Assembly (NCBI GenBank): GCA_951406725.2
Contig: OX597821.1
Coordinates: 99,014,001 to 99,078,000 of the forward strand
Direction of reading: 5' to 3'
Source: Octopus vulgaris
Taxonomy: Eukaryota
DNA length: 64,000 bases
The notes under the pieces were generated by a model. That model did not search any database. It was not told the origin of the DNA and saw nothing but the letters and a program-made list of their open reading frames with translations. This document shows positions 15,090-28,922 of this stretch, piece by piece (the first letter of the stretch is position 1; every line of letters begins with the position of its first letter). The position numbers and the translations under genes are program-made.

Positions 15090-17060
15090 ACCGCAGACAA
15101 ATTATTGGAATTCAGGCTTAATCAAAATAATCTGTTAGCTCCGGTACAACATTGTTTTTAACGAAATAGAGCAAAAGATCTCTTGAAGTTCTTCAGTATG
15201 GAAGACGACATTGTTTAATGTCAAGATTTTAAGGATGTTAATATGAGTTAGATGAATGTCAACTATTCTTTGATACCTCGGATCGACTCATAACTTGTCA
15301 GTAACATTAGGTATAAATATATATACATATTGTTGCTTTATACACTTTGTTTCCACACGTTCCTGGCAACCAGCTCCAATTCTTCATACCTATCTCGAAA
15401 TGATTTCAGAAAACTTTCCAAAGAATCAGTAAGATCAATCGCTTTAATCAAATCAACTTTCACTCCTTGGAAAGCTTTATTTGGACTGTTAAACCGTACA
15501 AGAATTATATTCCAAATCTTAGCCATCAGAGCATTTTCCAGGCAATCCATTTTGTCTGCCAATGTCTGAGTTTCATGCCTTGCTTCAGGTGTTTACATTA
15601 GATCATCTTCAATAGCTCTAAGCGCATTTTAAATGCAGCTATATCCATCAATGAGGCCTTCAGTAGCATCAGCTCTTGCTGACCAACGTATTCCTGACAG
15701 GTACTTCAAAGTTAGCACTCTTTTATTGCCTTTCAAAGATTAATTAAATTTTCCCATCTGTGCATTAATGCAGACAAAGAGGTGTGTAACATTCTTATGA
15801 AACCAAAATAGCTAACATCTACGACACAATAAGAAGCAGCAGCTTCTCCAACAAAATTCTACGAATGAGCAGCGCAAGGAATGAAAACTGCTGCCAGATT
15901 CTTTTCTTTGAGTTTGACTTGTATTCTTGTGCAGTGACTGAACATACCACTGGCGTTATCATAGGACTATCCCCTGCCCTTGTTTATAAGCTGTTTATAT
16001 ATATATATATATATATATATCACCGTGATCACATTGACCGATCAGACTATCAGATGTTGCTATACCTTCTTTTTAAAAAAAATACTAAGAGAGATGCAGC
16101 CAGTACTTCCTCTTTGTGAGAGCCAGTTTGCAGGAAAGGTAAAAACCTTTCTATTGGTTTATCAGAAATAGGATAATGCACAATAACCGTTAGTTGGTCC
16201 AACATGAGCCCGGTTTAGTGCTGAGTCTACAGAAACAGCGAAGTACTTGGCAGTTTTAAGTTCTGTAACCATATAATTCTTGACATATTTGTCATCAATA
16301 GAACAATTTCTTCGTAGATGGTAGATTACTGCTTTTCACTTCCGGGATTGCCAAATGTTTTCAAGTGGCCCATTAGAAATGGATCAAATTGTGTCATAAG
16401 TTCCATAATTCCTAAAAAAATTCCCATTGTGTTTAGAGCCTATTATCTCTTCCCTACTTCTAAATGTCAGACCTCTCTCGGCCTGAAATATTGTCACAAC
16501 CACAACACGGTGTAATACTTCAGTCCAGTATTTCTTGTTTTTCCAACTTCTGGTTAACATGAGAATATTCCCTTCATAAAAGATTGAACTTCAACACATA
16601 ATCTCTGTGGTCTTGACTGTGTTCATGTGTTTTCATTTTCTCCTCTGCTTTTTTTTTTAATCGTTAAAACCTTCCTTGTTGGAAAACCTGTCAGGTTGTC
16701 TTGACATTAAAGTACAGTAAAAGCAATAAACTGCACCCTTTGATAACTGTACAGAAACCACTTATCTTATAAGATGCTTATGATAGTCATGAATGGTGTA
16801 AAACATTGAATTTTTAAAATAACGATAGTACCCAACCAGTTTGCCTTCACCTGGTTGATAATGGTATCGAGATTACGAGTAGGAGTCGGAGACATTTTTA
16901 TTTTGATATATGGCTGACTTTGCCTGAAAGAACATGGCTAGGTCTAGATCCCAGGATGCCGCTTCACTATCTATGACAGCAGGACATGATTATAAATCAA
17001 GATTGGTTAATTTTTTGTACACTCCCCATTATTGTTGGTTTCATTTTCATGAAACCACTG
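15090..17060 (-). mobile_element. Degraded hAT (ZMYM1/TTF-like) transposase
   Basis: Motifs GAVYCFYCTL, AKYFAVSVDS, SYDNASGM, LKYLSGIRWSARADA and WNIILVRFN..AFQGVKVDL. Confidence 0.85.
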
Positions 17061-17400
17061 GCAGCGAAACGCGGGCTATGATGACAGAGAACTTGCGAAA
17101 GCTTGAAAGAAATGAAGCTAGGGTAATGTTACGACAGAGTGTAAATTATTTAAGAGGAAAATTCAGTGTAAACGGCATCTGTTGCTGTGTGCAAGAGAGA
17201 AGACTGCGCTGGGTTGGTCATGTGATGCGTATGGGTGAGGACAGCTGCGTAAAGAAGTACCGAGCTCTAATTGTCGAGGGAACCTGTGGAAGGGGTAGAC
17301 GTGGGACGAAGTGAAGACGTGGCCTCACTGAAGAAATGACAAAGGATCAGAAGCCGTGCCGATTTGCTCTACTTGAGAAGACGCATCAAGCTAAAATCGC
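17055..17400 (+). mobile_element. RTE-clade LINE 3' end
   Basis: 'VQERRLRWVGHVMRMGEDSCVKK..VEGTCGRGR'. Confidence 0.8.
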
Positions 17401-17482
17401 GGTCATCTATACATACAGGCATGTCCTTTACAGGTACTAGTACAACGTAAAATGCACTCGTACCGGAGTTAGTTAGATAAAC

Positions 17483-17523
<41 letters not shown>

Positions 17524-17931
17524 TGCGCGCGCCTTTATTTGCAAGTGGTCATTCTAAGGTCATTACTCAGTCATGCGATGAAAGAAGGAATTTGAACTAG
17601 GGACAATAAATTTTTTCTTTCAATCTTTATCTCTATATACATTCATACACACACAGAAACACACACTCACACATACACACTGAGATAAATACATACACAC
17701 ATACAGATACATATACATACATACGAACGTACATTTTCAATTTCTCTGTCATAGGGACACCAATCCGCATATGAGGGTTCTGTATGGGGACTGGTGTCGC
17801 TAAAGTAGAAAAATCTATGGTTATTTATTACTAAAGAGAACATTTGTATGGTTAAGCCCTAGCACCAACGACTAGAGCTTCATCTGATACCCTTCTCTTT
17901 ACTTGGAATTTAAAATAAATATCGAAAACAC

Positions 17932-18340
17932 AAGGCACAGATATGGCTGTGCGATTGTGGTTAAGAAGCTTGCTTTGCAAGAATGTGGTTTCAGTCTCAC
18001 TACACGGCATGTTGGGCATGTGTCTTCTGCTATAACCCCGGATCGAGTGAATTTAATAGACAGAAACTGTGTGGAAGCCCGTCGCGCGCGCGCGTGTGTG
18101 TGTGTGTGTGTGTGTGTTTGCCATCACCACCTCTTATCAACCGGCATTGATTTGTTTACGTCTCCATTACTTAGCGTTTCGGCAAAAAATACCGATTAAT
18201 ATAAGCGCCAGGCTTAAATACAAAAAGAAAAACATAAGTACTGGGGTTGATTTGTTCAACTAAAGACCTTCAAGGCGATGCTCCAGTCTTGTAACAGAAG
18301 CAAATAAAAGATGAAAAAAGATAAAGCAAGTAAAAGATAA
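17932..18340 (+). mobile_element. SINE family A, old diverged copy
   Basis: Recognisable head, body and tail. Confidence 0.75.
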
Positions 18341-18932
18341 CACATCTATCGTGTTATTTTGTTTTGTGATGCTCAAATGTTTTAACATACTAGTGAAAGT
18401 ACATTACGACTGCTCTAAATCAAAGCAAGGATTATCAAAGTTGATATAAATTACGTCATTGATTGCTTTTGTATTTTGGTATGAATTCTCTCTACTCATT
18501 TAGAAAAATATTGAATCAACGCCAAATGCTAATGATGTTATTCCTCTAATTTTACAGCCCCTAATAACTTGCCTGACAGTAACTAATGCTATATCTCATT
18601 AAATAGTGGATATCAGTCAGTTACGTCCATCTATTGCCCATCGGATAGCATCACTCAAACGTTTCTTAGAAATCACGATGTAACAGGAAGTACATATTGA
18701 TCATTCACTGATCAATATGAGAGAGTTGTTGCGATGATGGACTATTGCAATCCGAAACTAATACATTTAGATTTTAGATCCGATATATCTTCGGCTTGCG
18801 AATTTGTCTTTCATAATTTTGTTATCAAAAGTATATTTAAACATGATATACGTCTTAGATGTAGAATCGATGTATCTATCAATATCGCCCTATCCATCTC
18901 TATTTCTATCTATCTTATTTGTCTAACTAGCT

Positions 18933-18968
<36 letters not shown>

Positions 18969-19016
<48 letters not shown>

Positions 19017-20463
19017 TTCATTCTCTATTGTTTTCACTTTCATTTTTCAGACGCTATTGTTTTCACTGTAGATTTTTCAATCGCGACAAAGTACAGTCAG
19101 ATAGGAGTTCGCAATTACTGATGAAAGTAATTTCATACATAATTTACTGACAGAAGTAACTTTATAAATTTCACTTCAATCTGTACACTTTGTAAAATTT
19201 GCCTACAAATTTCTTATTTACTTTTGCAACGTTTTCTTTTTTTTTTTACAGAATTACTGATAAAAGTAAGTTCATAATTTGCTGACACAAGTAACTTCAA
19301 AAATTTCACTTAAATCCGTACACTTAGTTAATTTCCTTTAAAATTTCTTATTTACGTTAGCAACGGTTTTGTGTTTTTCTGTTGTTGACGGTCTTTTTCT
19401 GGTTCCTTCAACACTGGCTCTTTGGTTCACTGACAAATTTCGCTTCAACCCGTACAATTCTTTATTTTTCGTAAAAATTTCTTATTTCATTGCTACCCGT
19501 CGTATTAAGAAATATAATTTTCGTTGCCTAGTTATTTTCATTGGTTACTATCTTCTGCACCCGTGTATTTCTGTATACGTATATAACCATGCCTAGAAGG
19601 AAAGTGTCAAATTCGTCTACAACGTCAAGGTCAGCCAAAAGAATGTCTCTGTCCAGAGAAAAAGAGACAGCTGCAGGAAGGGAAGCATACAAAGAAACGA
19701 ACTGACTGTGCACTGCAAAAGCCAGAGCATCTCAAAGTGATGAATAGAAGTATGCACGGCTGACAAGGAATAGGATCTCCACTGCAGAATGAAGAGCAGT
19801 TGCAACAGCTCAGAGAAGCAACTTCTATGAAGCAGCTTTCAATTATGATCCAGCTGTTCATTATGACAACCGAGTGTATACATTGTAAAGCAAAGAAGTG
19901 GCCTGGAGAGACACCTGCTTTGTGCTGTAGTAGTGGAATGGTTAAACTCCCTGCAATCCCCCAACCTCAAGAGTCATTGAAGAAACTGTTGTCATCAACC
20001 AAACAAGATTCCAAGCACTTCCAAAACAAAATTAGACAATACAACACTGCACTTTATATGACATCATTTGGAGCCACAAGAGATTTAACTGAAGCAGGAT
20101 TCATGCAAACTTTCAAGATCCAAGGTCAGATTTATAATTGGATTGTCTTTCTGCTACTTCTGTCAAATGAATCACCAAAATCGGCCTTTCATTGTTTATC
20201 ATCTGTACCTGTTTTTTGGTTACAAAATAAGCTACACAAAACGTGTTTTTGTATTACTTATATTTACTTTATATACACATATGAGTTGAAAACTTGCTTT
20301 TAACATTTCGTTTAACGTCTATGTTCCATGCTGGCATGGGTTGGAGAGTTATTAATGTAGAAAGTTGGTATCTCAGCTACAAGCAGTTGAGACCTGCATC
20401 TAGACGGCGTTTTTAAATTGTATTATTCTCTTTAACCCGAGCAACGCCGGATATTTCTGCTAG
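18969..20463 (+). mobile_element. Internally deleted Helitron retaining the Rep N-terminal Zn region
   Basis: 'CIHCKAKKWPGETPALCCSSGMVKLP..FQNKIRQYN..MTSFGA..FKIQGQIY'. 3' end ACCCGAGCAACGCCGG..CTGCTAG|T. Confidence 0.85.
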
Positions 20464-20469
20464 TATTCA

Positions 20470-21150
20470 TATATTTGCATGATATGCACTTACATTGAAA
20501 GGGATTGCTAGTGGCTTTTTTACAGGTACAGATGTGTCAGTCTCTGGTTGAGAATTCCAGGGGTTTTAGAGTAGTAGAATTTTTCTTGTCGCAGATTATA
20601 TTATTTTGTTCTTGTGTTTCTACTGCTTCTATTGGCGTGTATATTTTTAGAATTAGAGCATATGTAAGATTTCACTCGACTGTTTTCATGCCAATTTGAA
20701 ATTAGAGATTTTATTAATATGGGAAGGTGCGGCATTGTCTTTCTTATTACGAATTATGTTATTAAAGTTGGAATCAGCGGTTTCATTGTTTATAAAATAG
20801 TTGGATGTTTAAGAGCTTATCCTCTCCGTTCAAGTTAGTATCTATAGGCTATTCTTCCATTAGTTGATCGTTAAGATTTCCATCTACATTTTGGTTAGTG
20901 GTGTTACCTCTATAAGGAAAGAGAGAGAGGGGGGAGGAAGAGTGTGAGAGAGAGGAGAGAAAGAGAAAGAGAGTGAGAGAGAGAGAAACAAATTGATCAC
21001 GTTCAGTACAAAGGTTTTGTTAAAAGTAATTGCTAATTTTTAGGTATATTAATTTGTTGGTGTTACTTGTAAGCTTTGGTGTTGTAGAATATGATTATTT
21101 TATTGTGTGGTTGTTGAAGATGCTAAGACATTTTGTGGTTAGAAGGAAAG
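20470..21150 (-). mobile_element. Possible Penelope-like relic (linker region)
   Basis: 'CTCKKATSNPFQCKC' resembles the PLE CxCR..CPLxGxC linker. Heavily degraded. Confidence 0.4.
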
Positions 21151-21473
21151 ATTTTATTTTAAAAAACTGGTTAGTGGTTAGCTATTTCTGTACCGGTGGT
21201 GTTGTATAAACAAAAAATAGGTGAAAATGGGCAAAAACATTACGGGAATTATTGTATTCTTTTAAGATAAATTAAAGATACAAAAACAGGTGGAATATTT
21301 CATTTAAATACATCAAATCTTTTTAACTCACATTACATACGCGGTTTCATCCACGTAACAGGATTTTTGAAATGAATATGCTTATAGTAGTCGAAATATG
21401 TAAGTTTTTGTAGCTAGACAAAGAACTAGGTTATGAGGTTTATGTATATGTGAATGTGTGTGTATATGAATGT

Positions 21474-21718
<245 letters not shown>

Positions 21719-22039
21719 TATACATACATACACACACTTACATACATACATGCAAAATGTAGATTTGTTTACGGGAAACATTTTGAATATGGAAATAAAG
21801 CTCCTATTCCATTATACCGGCTACAGTCTAATGATGTAGACTGGTGAACCAATGTTTTGGGGTTTGCATCGAGCTGTACCGATATAATGTGGGATAAATA
21901 TAGTTATAATAGCAATAATCCTTGGATGTGACTTATAAACATTTAACGCGTCGCTACGCACGTTTCCATAAATCACATGTCTCTTAAGATCACAGTCCGT
22001 ATTCCTGGGATGATTATAGTGTAGGCTGTAGTATCGGTG

Positions 22040-23155
22040 GGCATGGGGTAGATCATCTGCGTTGATTCATTTCTTCAGGCTGAGGTTGCTTTTCTGTCAC
22101 CAGTTTGATAAAACGTGGCTGGAGGTAACTCAAACGCAGTCGCATCTCATAACTATTGTCGAGCTGCAGTCTTCTTTGTTTATTATAAGAATGCAGAACC
22201 AATGAAAAGCCTCTTTCGGCAAGGTTTGGTGTTGGGAAGTTTATAACGAATGGCTCAACAGTTTCGTATAGAGTCGGATATTTGTTCTTGCACTGTAACC
22301 ATGCTTGCACCCAGTTTCCTTCGACAATTTGGATGAAACGTTCAACAACAAGGGCTTCGCAGAGCTCTGTTTGAAAACATGCAAGTTGTTGGAAGACGTC
22401 TTCCATTGTCAAGATATTAAGTCTGTCGACAAATAAAAGGATGTGTAAATGAATGAAATCCTGAAAACGCAGTTGAAAGCTTTAATTGGATTGCCTATTC
22501 TCTGATCAATCACAACCCTTAACCCATCACATTTTTTGGCCTTTGATGTTAATAAATTTAATTTGAGGAGTAAACATGACAATAAGGATCATAAGTGAAC
22601 AACTAAAATGCATAAAGTGTCAACAAAACACCAATAAAAGCGTGATCCGAAGAGTTTGTTGATATGACGTAAATTTCTGGTGAATAATCGCTGAATGCTA
22701 AATTGATGGTAAACTCAAACAGCAATGATCAGCGCAGCGGCTAAGCTAGACTATAAAGAGGTGCTCACTTAAGGTACGCGCAAGATGTTTCGCGGGTACG
22801 TTACGAATCCATGAGACGCCTGCGCAAGCCTGCAATATTATTGATCCATGCGGGGGTGCGTACTCAAAAAACAACCATAATTGTGGGTCAATATGTAGGT
22901 GCTTGCGTTCCAATGCGCACGCACTGCATGGACTTCATTTACGCTTCATGCAAAACTCCAGTGAGCTGACGGCTGAGCAATCAATAAATTAACAAAAATG
23001 AGAAAAATGACTTTCCATCGCAAGAATTTTTCATGCACCCCAGATTTTCCTGTGCACCCCCGTTGAGAAGCCCTGCTCTAAATTCTAAAGTTTGCCCACT
23101 TTTCACGGAACGTATGCACCCCAGATTTTCCTGTGCACCCCCGTTGAGAAGCCCT
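22040..23155 (-). mobile_element. hAT Charlie/Buster-like deleted element (C-terminal dimerisation domain plus TIR)
   Basis: 'KYPTLYE..FPTPNLAERGFS..MRLRLSYLQPRFIKLV'. TIR CAGGGCTTCTCAAC on the minus strand, present twice. Confidence 0.75.
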
Positions 23156-23197
23156 GCTCTAAATTCTAAAGTTTGCCCACTTTTCATGGAACGTATG
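23033..23197. repeat. 81-bp tandem duplication
   Basis: Units start at 23033 and 23114 and are near-identical. Confidence 0.95.
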
Positions 23198-23339
23198 AGG
23201 TATGATGAATGCTGGCAAATCTATACCCACAATTATTGAAGAATTTAACATGAGAGATATTCTTTGATTCATTTCTAAAAGATGAGAGAAGATGACAGCA
23301 TCCACACTAAAGAAAGACTGGAAAACGTTGTGGTCTGCT

Positions 23340-24020
23340 TTGATGTTTGATAATTCACCAGGTGAAAATGTTCACAAGGATTTTACAAGATCTCTTATAT
23401 CAAAGTTGCTCATAAGTTGTTTGACAATGTAAGTGGATGAATGTCGACAAAGAAAACACCGGTTGTGTACCATCTTTCAGACTGTCATGACCAGGCTCAA
23501 CGACGTGCGAACATTTGCCAATATTTATAAACAACTGCTGGCAAATCCTCGAGATGCTAGTTTTTGGCGTCGAATTGTTACTGACGATGAAAAATGGATC
23601 TATTTTCATAATCATAATAAGAGAAATCAGTGACTTCGTTCCGACCAGGCTTCAGAACCTGTTGTCAAACAAGGGCGATTTGAACAGAAGGTTATGTTCT
23701 GTGTTTGGTGTTATTTCGAAAAGGTGTTGTACTTGTCCCAGGTAATCATGTTGTGAACGCTAACCTTTATGCCCAACTGCCACGAGTATATGATGCTTAG
23801 AACACCCACTACTCGATATTGACCAATCGAAAACACGCACTCCTTCAGCATGATAATGCCCCAGCTCACACTGCCAACATGACCAAGCGCCTGAGGAACT
23901 TGAAGGGCTGGAAGTGCTGCTTCACTCTCCTTACAATTCTGACCTTGCACCATCAGAAAACCAACTTTTCCAACCATAGCTCATTCCCTGCTTGGATGGC
24001 GGTTCAGTAATGTGGATGAC
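23340..24020 (+). mobile_element. Mariner transposase relic
   Basis: Motifs RIVTDDEKWIYF, KVMFCVW, LLQHDNAPAH and HSPYNSDLAPS. Confidence 0.88.
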
Positions 24021-24148
24021 AGCGCTAATTGAACTTTATGAACATTACAAAATATATTTTTAATGTTTAACACACTTCAGCATTGTAAAAAAAATTTAAT
24101 GCAATAAAAAACGTGAAAACCAGACCATGTTGTAGCTTTATTCGACTG

Positions 24149-24191
<43 letters not shown>

Positions 24192-24317
24192 AAGGCTCCA
24201 AATATATTTCTATATGAATAATATTTTTCTATATGAATATTTTGTCTAATGACTAATTCGTCTTTTGTGCTAGGCCACTGGTAATAATAACCTATGTTAT
24301 TACCCTTTTTGATTATG

Positions 24318-24359
<42 letters not shown>

Positions 24360-24407
24360 CATACATGCACACACATATTTATAGATGTATATATATACAT
24401 ATATATA

Positions 24408-24460
<53 letters not shown>

Positions 24461-24717
24461 GGATGGCATCGACTTCTTGTCCCATCTTCGCAAAGCAACT
24501 AAAACAAATTCACTTCTACTTAGTTTTGATGCGGTAAGCCATTACACCAATATTCCACATGATTTGGGAATAAAGGCGATTAAATACTGGGTAGAAAACA
24601 GAGAAGTGATCTCCAACAGATTCACAGTGCCGTTTATATTAGACACAATTAGACTTGTTCTATATTTAAGAACAAGCCTAACATTGACGGATATTTGTCC
24701 TCATCTTGTTTGTTGTT

Positions 24718-24763
24718 AACACAACGTTTCGGCTAATATACCCCCCAGCCTTCATCAGGTATC
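24718..24763 (-). ncRNA. Minimal type I hammerhead ribozyme
   Basis: GATAC-CTGATGA-A-GGCTG..TAGCC-GAAA-CG-TT-GTGTT. Confidence 0.8.
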
Positions 24764-24821
24764 TTGGGGAAATTTCGAAAAATATCTTAGGAATGAGAAC
24801 CCAGGTTCGAAATTTCCCTAA

Positions 24822-24871
24822 GTCACCTGATGAAGGCTGGAGGGGGGGTATATCAGCCGAAACGTTGTGTT
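24822..24871 (+). ncRNA. Minimal type I hammerhead ribozyme
   Basis: GTCAC-CTGATGA-A-GGCTG..CAGCC-GAAA-CG-TT-GTGTT. Confidence 0.8.
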
Positions 24872-26297
24872 AACAACAAACAATATGAGGACAAATATCC
24901 GTCAAATGTAAATAATGTAAATAATGTACAGTTAGACTTATTCTGGAAAACAACACATTTTTCTTCAATGGAAAGAATTACATCCAAATTAAAGGCACGG
25001 CGATGGAAACACGGTTTGCTCCTGTTTACACGAACTCTGTAATAGCATATTTAGAACAAAAACTCTACCAAGGAATAGAGGAGAACTATAACACTGAATT
25101 TAGAAAGTATATTGAAAAGCATGGAAGAGACACCTTGACGTTTGTTTCATAATCTGGACAGAATCTCTAAATACTCTGGAAGCGTTCAATATCCTCCTGA
25201 ACAAGCTACACCCATCTCTCCAATTCACACAGGAGATGAGTAGTACCAAATTATCATTCCCGAGATATAATGGTAATTAAAACGGACACCACCATTACCA
25301 CAGATATATACTACAAACACACAGACACACATCAATACCTGAATTTTAAGTCGTACCATCCACCACATACAAAACGCAACATCTCCTACTGCCTAGCAAG
25401 AATTTGTACCAATGTAAAATGAGCGAATATCAAGAACATACGCCTAACAAAACTAAGAGAATTTTTGCTCAAACAAAAATACCCATCTCTACTTATAGAA
25501 AATGGCACACAGCGGGCTATAAAATACCAATACAACAACTGAAGACAACCCCAAAAAAGCGGAGAACGGAACAAGTCATACCATTTATTGTGACACACAA
25601 CCCAAGCCACCCTAATATATTCAACATTGCCAATCACTACTCAAAGTAATGAATTAAAAGATATAATCACAGATAGAACTATGGTCCTTAGTAAAAGACA
25701 ACCTAGAAACTTGGAAAAATTATTAACAAAAGCAAAGTTTGATCTTAGCAACAAAGACCATTCATTCATTCATTGTATCTAAATGCAATGATAGCCGATG
25801 TGGCACATTCATACATACCGGCCAATATATGAACACAAAACCCGGAAAAATATTCACAAACGCAAATATGAACTGCAAAAAAAGAAATTTGATTTACTGC
25901 ATCAAATGCCCAAATTGTGAAGAACTATATATGGGTCAGACTGGAAATGCACGATCAGAACGTTCACGTGCGCGCCGGCAGCAAATTAGGGACCCAGATG
26001 TCCGTCAGGTACCTTTGAGTAACCATCCAGCAACATGTGGTCAGAAAATATTTATAATATTTCCATTCTACAAACTACACAATCCAAGCGAAATTGAGAG
26101 ATACACCGGAGGAAAAAACTTTAATAAATTCTAATCCAAGCTAAATAAAACAATAACACTAATACTTAGAGGTACTATTTCTACTGCTACGACCACTAAC
26201 AACAACAACAATACTAAAGGTGCTCATGATGACGATAGCAGGAAAATACTAGCTAAGTTAAGAGAAAAGTCAGTAAAAATCTTATTTTGGGGTTTAA

Positions 26298-26507
26298 CCC
26301 TTTAGTGTTCTGATTATTCTATCAAACATAATGCCTATTGATTCCCATTGATTTGAATTAATCATGCATTATCTCATATCTTGATGGTGTAATTACTTAA
26401 TGTAGAATAACATTGTAGGGTAGGTGTGAGAGCCTGGATCTGGTCAGTTTGAACATAAAACAGATTAAATATTTTGGCCGGATATGGCCTGTTTAAATAC
26501 TAAAGGG
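26298..26507. mobile_element. piggyBac-like MITE
   Basis: TTAA|CCCTTTAGT...ACTAAAGGG|TTAA. Confidence 0.85.
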
Positions 26508-26756
26508 TTAAAGTTCTATTACCACAGCTGCTCCTACCACCACCATTAACAACAACAACAATAATAAAGGAAATGATAATGCTGATGAGGATAATTGAAA
26601 TGTAAAAATCCCTGGGAAATGTTGTTTACTGTATTTCTAAAAATAGCCCAACAATTACTGCTTTGGCCAGGGTCAAAATACATGTCTCTTGACATGTTCA
26701 ACAAACCGTGACACCCATCAACTATTAACATTCTGGAGCATATACAAATGTATTTA

Positions 26757-26990
26757 AGGTCGAGCTGGCAGACACGTTAGCGCGCGCCGGGCGAAATGCT
26801 TAGCGGTATTTCGTCTGCGTTACGTTGTGAGTTCAAATTCCGCCGAGGTCGACTTTGCCTTTCATCCTTTCGGGGTCGATAAATAAAGTACCAGTTACGC
26901 ACTGGGGTCGATGTAATCGACTCAAACCCTTCGTCTGTCCTTGTTTGTCCCCTCTATGTTTAGCCCCTTGTGGGCAGTGAGGAAATATAT
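26757..26990 (+). mobile_element. SINE family B (octopus OR1/OR2-like)
   Basis: GAGCTGGCAGA..GAGTTCAAATTCCGCCGAGGTCGACTTTGCCTTTCATCCTTTCGGGGTCGAT, shared by at least 8 copies. Confidence 0.9.
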
Positions 26991-27049
26991 ATTTTAGCCA
27001 TCTCACTATAGTTATAAATTGTAAAACATAACTGTCACCACTACAACAC

Positions 27050-27080
27050 GAACCTGAAGATTGCGTGAAAGTACTAGCTC
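27050..27080 (+). ncRNA. Hammerhead-like motif at the PLE 3' end (stem II nearly absent)
   Basis: GAAC-CTGAAGA-TTGCGT-GAAA-GTAC-TA-GCTC, with palindromic AGTACT stem III. Confidence 0.55.
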
Positions 27081-27226
27081 AATCAGAATGGACATTTAAT
27101 ATTCTATCATTTAATTATATTATCTTATATTATATTATTATAAGATTGTAAATAAAATGTGAAAATCAAAGTTGGAATTTCTTTGAGCAATATATTCTTC
27201 TATACACAATCATGCACACCCGTGTG

Positions 27227-27285
<59 letters not shown>

Positions 27286-27757
27286 TGAATGTATGTATGT
27301 ATATTGTGCGTGTGTGTGTTCGTATGTGTATATGTGTGTATGTATATATATATACACCATACACACGCATACATATATATATAGAGAGAGAGGGGGAGTG
27401 AGGGGAGAGAGAGAGAGGAAGCGAAAAAAACTATGGGCAGGGGCTCAATGTCATTTTTCTCAAATTGGGAGATAGATCGATCTCAAAATATTCTTTGGTA
27501 ATAATTTTATCCATATATGATTTCAATGTTGGTTAAAGGAATATTAAAAATTGTTTAAGAATTCATTCTGTAAGTAAAGTACATTAGACTCCAAACATTC
27601 GAAGCGGCACCAACTCTTTTCGGCTGAATCTTTTCTCCTGATGTACACAGTACGCCAGAATATAAGTTGATTTCTCTTTGATTAAGCCGAAAGTCGAATT
27701 TTGTGGGATAATGAGTATAGCTGATTAAATTGATCCAATATATTACCGGTGTTCATA

Positions 27758-27965
27758 AGGCAGCGAGCTGGCAGAAACGTCGGGCGAAATGCTTGGCGAT
27801 ATTTCGTCTGTCTTTACGTTCTGAGTTCAAATTCCGTCGAGGTCGACTTTGCCTTTCATCCTTTCGGGGTCGATAGATTAAGTACCAGTTGCGTATTGGT
27901 GTCAATCTAATTGACTGCCCCCCCCTCCCCAAAAACTTCGGGCCTTGTGCCTAGAGTAGAAAAGA
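27758..27965 (+). mobile_element. SINE family B
   Basis: Family match. Confidence 0.88.
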
Positions 27966-28908
27966 ATATTACCGGTGTTCATTCTTATTCTGAAGAGTGA
28001 AGGGAAAGTAGAAACAAGTAGGTTTTGAATTCAAATTTAACGAAATGAGACTTGGACATCGTTCTAATTTATTTTGTCAAGATTTTTTTAAACGGTAATA
28101 CTTAAATAAACATGGAAATATGATTGATAAATATTTTGTGGCTTAACTATGTTAACAACAAACGGTTGATTTCCTTAAAGTTTAGAACGCATTCATTCTT
28201 TCATTTGCTACTTATTCCGTTTTTAATCAGTAAATGTTTTTACAGCTTGATTTTATCAAGGAATAACTATTTTTATCAAATTTTTACTACAGATTGATAA
28301 AATATTCTTAATCGATTCTTTTAAAATTGCTGCTAATATTAAGCTGGTTGTCATTATCTATCATATTTTTAGATTCTAAAGCAATGATTAATAATAGAAA
28401 ATTTTTTCAACGAGAATGTTTCATTTAATGTTGTGTCTGGGGATTAATACTTTTGTGATTTCTTGTCTCTAACAGAAATATTTTCGGTTTCTTTGTTTCG
28501 TTTTTTTTATAATGAATGATTATGTCACTTCCCATTTAATTTTAATATTGTCTTTAATCTTTATCCTATCCTTGGTTGGTATTCTTATTTTGGACTTATG
28601 ATATGTATAGAGATAAGCCTACAACTGAACCATAGCACCAACCTCTACATTAATCTCAAATTATACTTATGTAATGCCATCAGTTCTTACGTGGTTATAT
28701 ACACTGAAGAGCAAAAGAGGGGTGATTTTTTAAAATGTCGTTTTTATATGGTAAATTCTGAATATTTATTTCGGGAATGTAAATGTAAAAATCCCAAGAT
28801 ATGTTGGTTTATGGCTGAGGCCCAAATTGCAGGTAACCTTTCAACTTTCCCTGAAACGAGACGCCAAAACGCAGTTGCGTTGAACACCGTGGTTGGCAGT
28901 TGCAAACA

Positions 28909-28922
28909 GTTGTCATGGAAAC
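28909..28922. promoter_or_regulatory. RFX X-box motif
   Basis: GTTGTC-AT-GGAAAC fits GTHNYY-AT-RRNAAC. It lies in apparently unique, locally CpG-richer DNA, 86 bp before a CAG|GTATGA donor-like site. Confidence 0.45.

Larger units (their letters stand above)
24662..24931. mobile_element. 270-bp foldback insertion with two inverted hammerheads and a 13-bp TSD
   Basis: TSD TTAGACTT(G/A)TTCT at 24649-24661 and 24932-24944. Arms 24681-24779 and 24806-24909. Confidence 0.85.
24457..27165 (+). mobile_element. Penelope-like element (Neptune-type), RT plus GIY-YIG, 5'-truncated and bounded on the left by (TA)n
   Basis: Motifs [40 protein letters not shown] linker and NLIYCIKCPNCEELYMGQTG. HHR-like motif at the 3' end. 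Confidence 0.9.

Noticed and set aside
21325-21385. Minus-strand ATCC/GGAT-GAAAC-CGC-GTA hammerhead-like motif
   Set aside because: The core and stem I are too degenerate to call.
23033-23197. CRISPR-like array
   Set aside because: It is a simple two-unit tandem duplication without spacers, in eukaryotic DNA.
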